Source: Octopus bimaculoides
Lineage: Eukaryota
Length of the DNA stretch: 53,060 nucleotides
Assembly: GCF_001194135.2 (NCBI RefSeq)
Contig: NC_068982.1
Coordinates: forward strand, 125,649,100-125,702,159
Reading direction: 5' to 3'
Shown here: in pieces, positions 51,077-53,060 of the stretch
How the letters are laid out: each line of letters begins with the position of its first letter
Position numbering within the stretch: position 1 is the stretch's first letter
Translations under genes and position numbers: made by a program
Notes under the pieces: generated by a model
Databases searched by the model: none
Seen by the model: the letters and a program-made list of their open reading frames with translations, nothing else
What the model was told of the DNA's origin: nothing

Positions 51077-51271
51077 TATCGGCTGAATGGACGTCAGTCA
51101 TTGGTTGAAATTACAGAACTACAACTTTAACATGAAATAACTTGCGATGTACGTTTTTTTGTTAAGAAGACTAAGAGAAAAAGATGTTTTATATGACACA
51201 TTCTACCAGTGTCCCAAGTTTCAAAGTGTTTCGTTAAGAAAATACTGGTGCCCCCGTTTTGAACAAGATCC
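51077..51271 (-). mobile_element. Diverged terminal fragment of the GGATC MITE
   Basis: tatcggctgaatggacgtcag...cccccgttttgaacaagatcc. Confidence 0.85.
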
Positions 51272-52064
51272 CTAATTCAGTTCTATTTGGTTAGAAATAT
51301 TTCAAATAAATGGAAACCAGTTTTTTTTTTCGAGTATTGTATGGAAAAAAAAAATGGTTTAATAATTAGCTTGCAATTTCAAAAGAATATCATCAAGAAA
51401 CGTCATGAAAAGAATTAAGACTATTCTAACGAAATAAAACCCATAAAAGATAAAGATTTCTGTAAAACGTAATTTCGAATAGTAAACCTACACACAAACT
51501 TAAATTTCCTCCCCACTCACTGAATATGAAAGCTATGTAGTAAAATGCCTTGATTAGATCTGACAATAGAAATTTCACNNNNNNNNNNTGAAAGCTATGT
51601 AGTAAAATGCCTTGATTAGATCTGACAATAGAAATTTTACCGATAATCTGCAGATATCCAGAAACCAAATGCGTAGAAAGTTTCAGCTGATCAAGTGTAA
51701 TTTTCCTAAATAAAATGTCAAATGGGAGTGGTGACAAAGAATTTTAAGTTTGCGTTTCAGATTTATATGAAACTGTTCAGAAAATGCAGGATATCCTTAT
51801 ACATACATCTTGACAAAGATTTTTTTTTTTTTGTACATATAGTTTTATTTCACTTTATGCGATACTAGTCACCACTAAATTGGGAAGGATTTATTTCTAA
51901 TATCTCAAACGAATTACTGCTTAAAATATCTTCGCAATCGTTCTATATGTAAATACTGCCTGATCAAGAGGTATTTGAGGTGGTGGCTTGATTGGACTAA
52001 GTCAGTTATTGTCACCGCTAACTATCAGATTCTAAACAAAAAAAGCACGACAGAAGCAATATTG

Positions 52065-52282
52065 ATATTTGTCCCCACTTAGACGTGTATCTTTTTTAAA
52101 TGGAACTATACTGCAGTAGACACCATGAGATAAACAGTGCAAAATGCACTCGTTTATATCGCTTGTGGAGGAGAGATCCTGCGAGCAATATAAACAATGC
52201 ATTTTGCACAGTTTCTCTCATGGTGTCTACCACAGTATAGTTTGTTCTAACAGAAAATCTACGTTCAAGTGGGAATAAATAT
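52065..52282. mobile_element. Foldback (hairpin) MITE of about 220 bp
   Basis: Arms aactatactg..gtagacaccatgaga..gtgcaaaatgca are mutually complementary around a short ggagaga loop. Confidence 0.75.
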
Positions 52283-53060
52283 TTCCTCCCTGAAATAGGA
52301 GAAATACTTTGGATTCTTTAAAGACGTTCTTTGCGAGGTTCCATCTACTGCTGCAAATTAAAGATTTTCAACTTACTTTATATGAACGTAATTCACTAAG
52401 ATAATTCATTTAAAGTTATTAGCTTCTTCCAGATACTTCCTTTTGCTTTTTTTTTTGTGGCAATAAGGGCGTAGATGCAATGCAACAATTATTCCAGTTA
52501 TGCCATAGATATTTTCTATATCTCGGCTACTGTAGTCATCCTGTTATCCAAACAAATCCATCTAAATCTCTAGAAACTTTAACACGCTTTAAGCTGTTAG
52601 CAAGTAATCCAACAATAAAAAAATTAAAAAAGCTAGAAATTACTTGAAACTGGTAATCTTTCGGAAGATTGTACCATTCTGGCAAAAACCGACTCAGATG
52701 CATAGTGAGTTTCGAGTTGGTACAGATCCCTTAATGAAGCCAAAATGATTACCGTTAGAAAAGTATTACGTTTCAAGTGTACTGATGGCGGTAAAGCTGC
52801 TAATTCTACGATTTTACAGATTGGAAAGTGAATAGAAATTTACGAAATATCAAAGTAGACACATGGAATTGAATTTAGACAGCGGAGCATGTGGGCACTT
52901 CCCTAAGTCCAAGTCGATAGCGGTCACAATAAGCAATCTTAATTTGAGAAAAAACATTTTCTAGCATAGTCGAGAAAATAATCTCGTCAAGCAGTAACAT
53001 TTGCTATACAAACCATTGTGGACGGTTAATTCATACTTTGAAGCGAATTGAAATTTTTAT

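Overview
AT-rich, gap-containing eukaryotic DNA, inferred to be octopus (coleoid cephalopod) from its SINE families and dense microsatellites; no prokaryotic genes or CRISPR were seen. Only two intact host genes are supported: a pair of divergently oriented, intronless tetraspanin paralogues (23159-23854 minus; 37969-38691 plus) with identical 6-Cys loop spacing. The rest is transposon debris: several tRNA-derived SINE families, Tx1/L1, CR1, R4/Dong-type, Penelope-like (PLE), Gypsy and Helitron fragments, and many MITEs. The most unusual signals are (i) GG-ended, 8-bp-TSD foldback MITEs (Merlin-like by inference), two families of which carry inverted TTAGGG arrays at their centre, (ii) two hammerhead-ribozyme candidates with long stem II, one paired with a perfect antisense arm, (iii) a five-element nested insertion, and (iv) microsatellite-targeting RLE retroelements. 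Coordinates were counted by hand; fuzzy boundaries of decayed elements are approximate.
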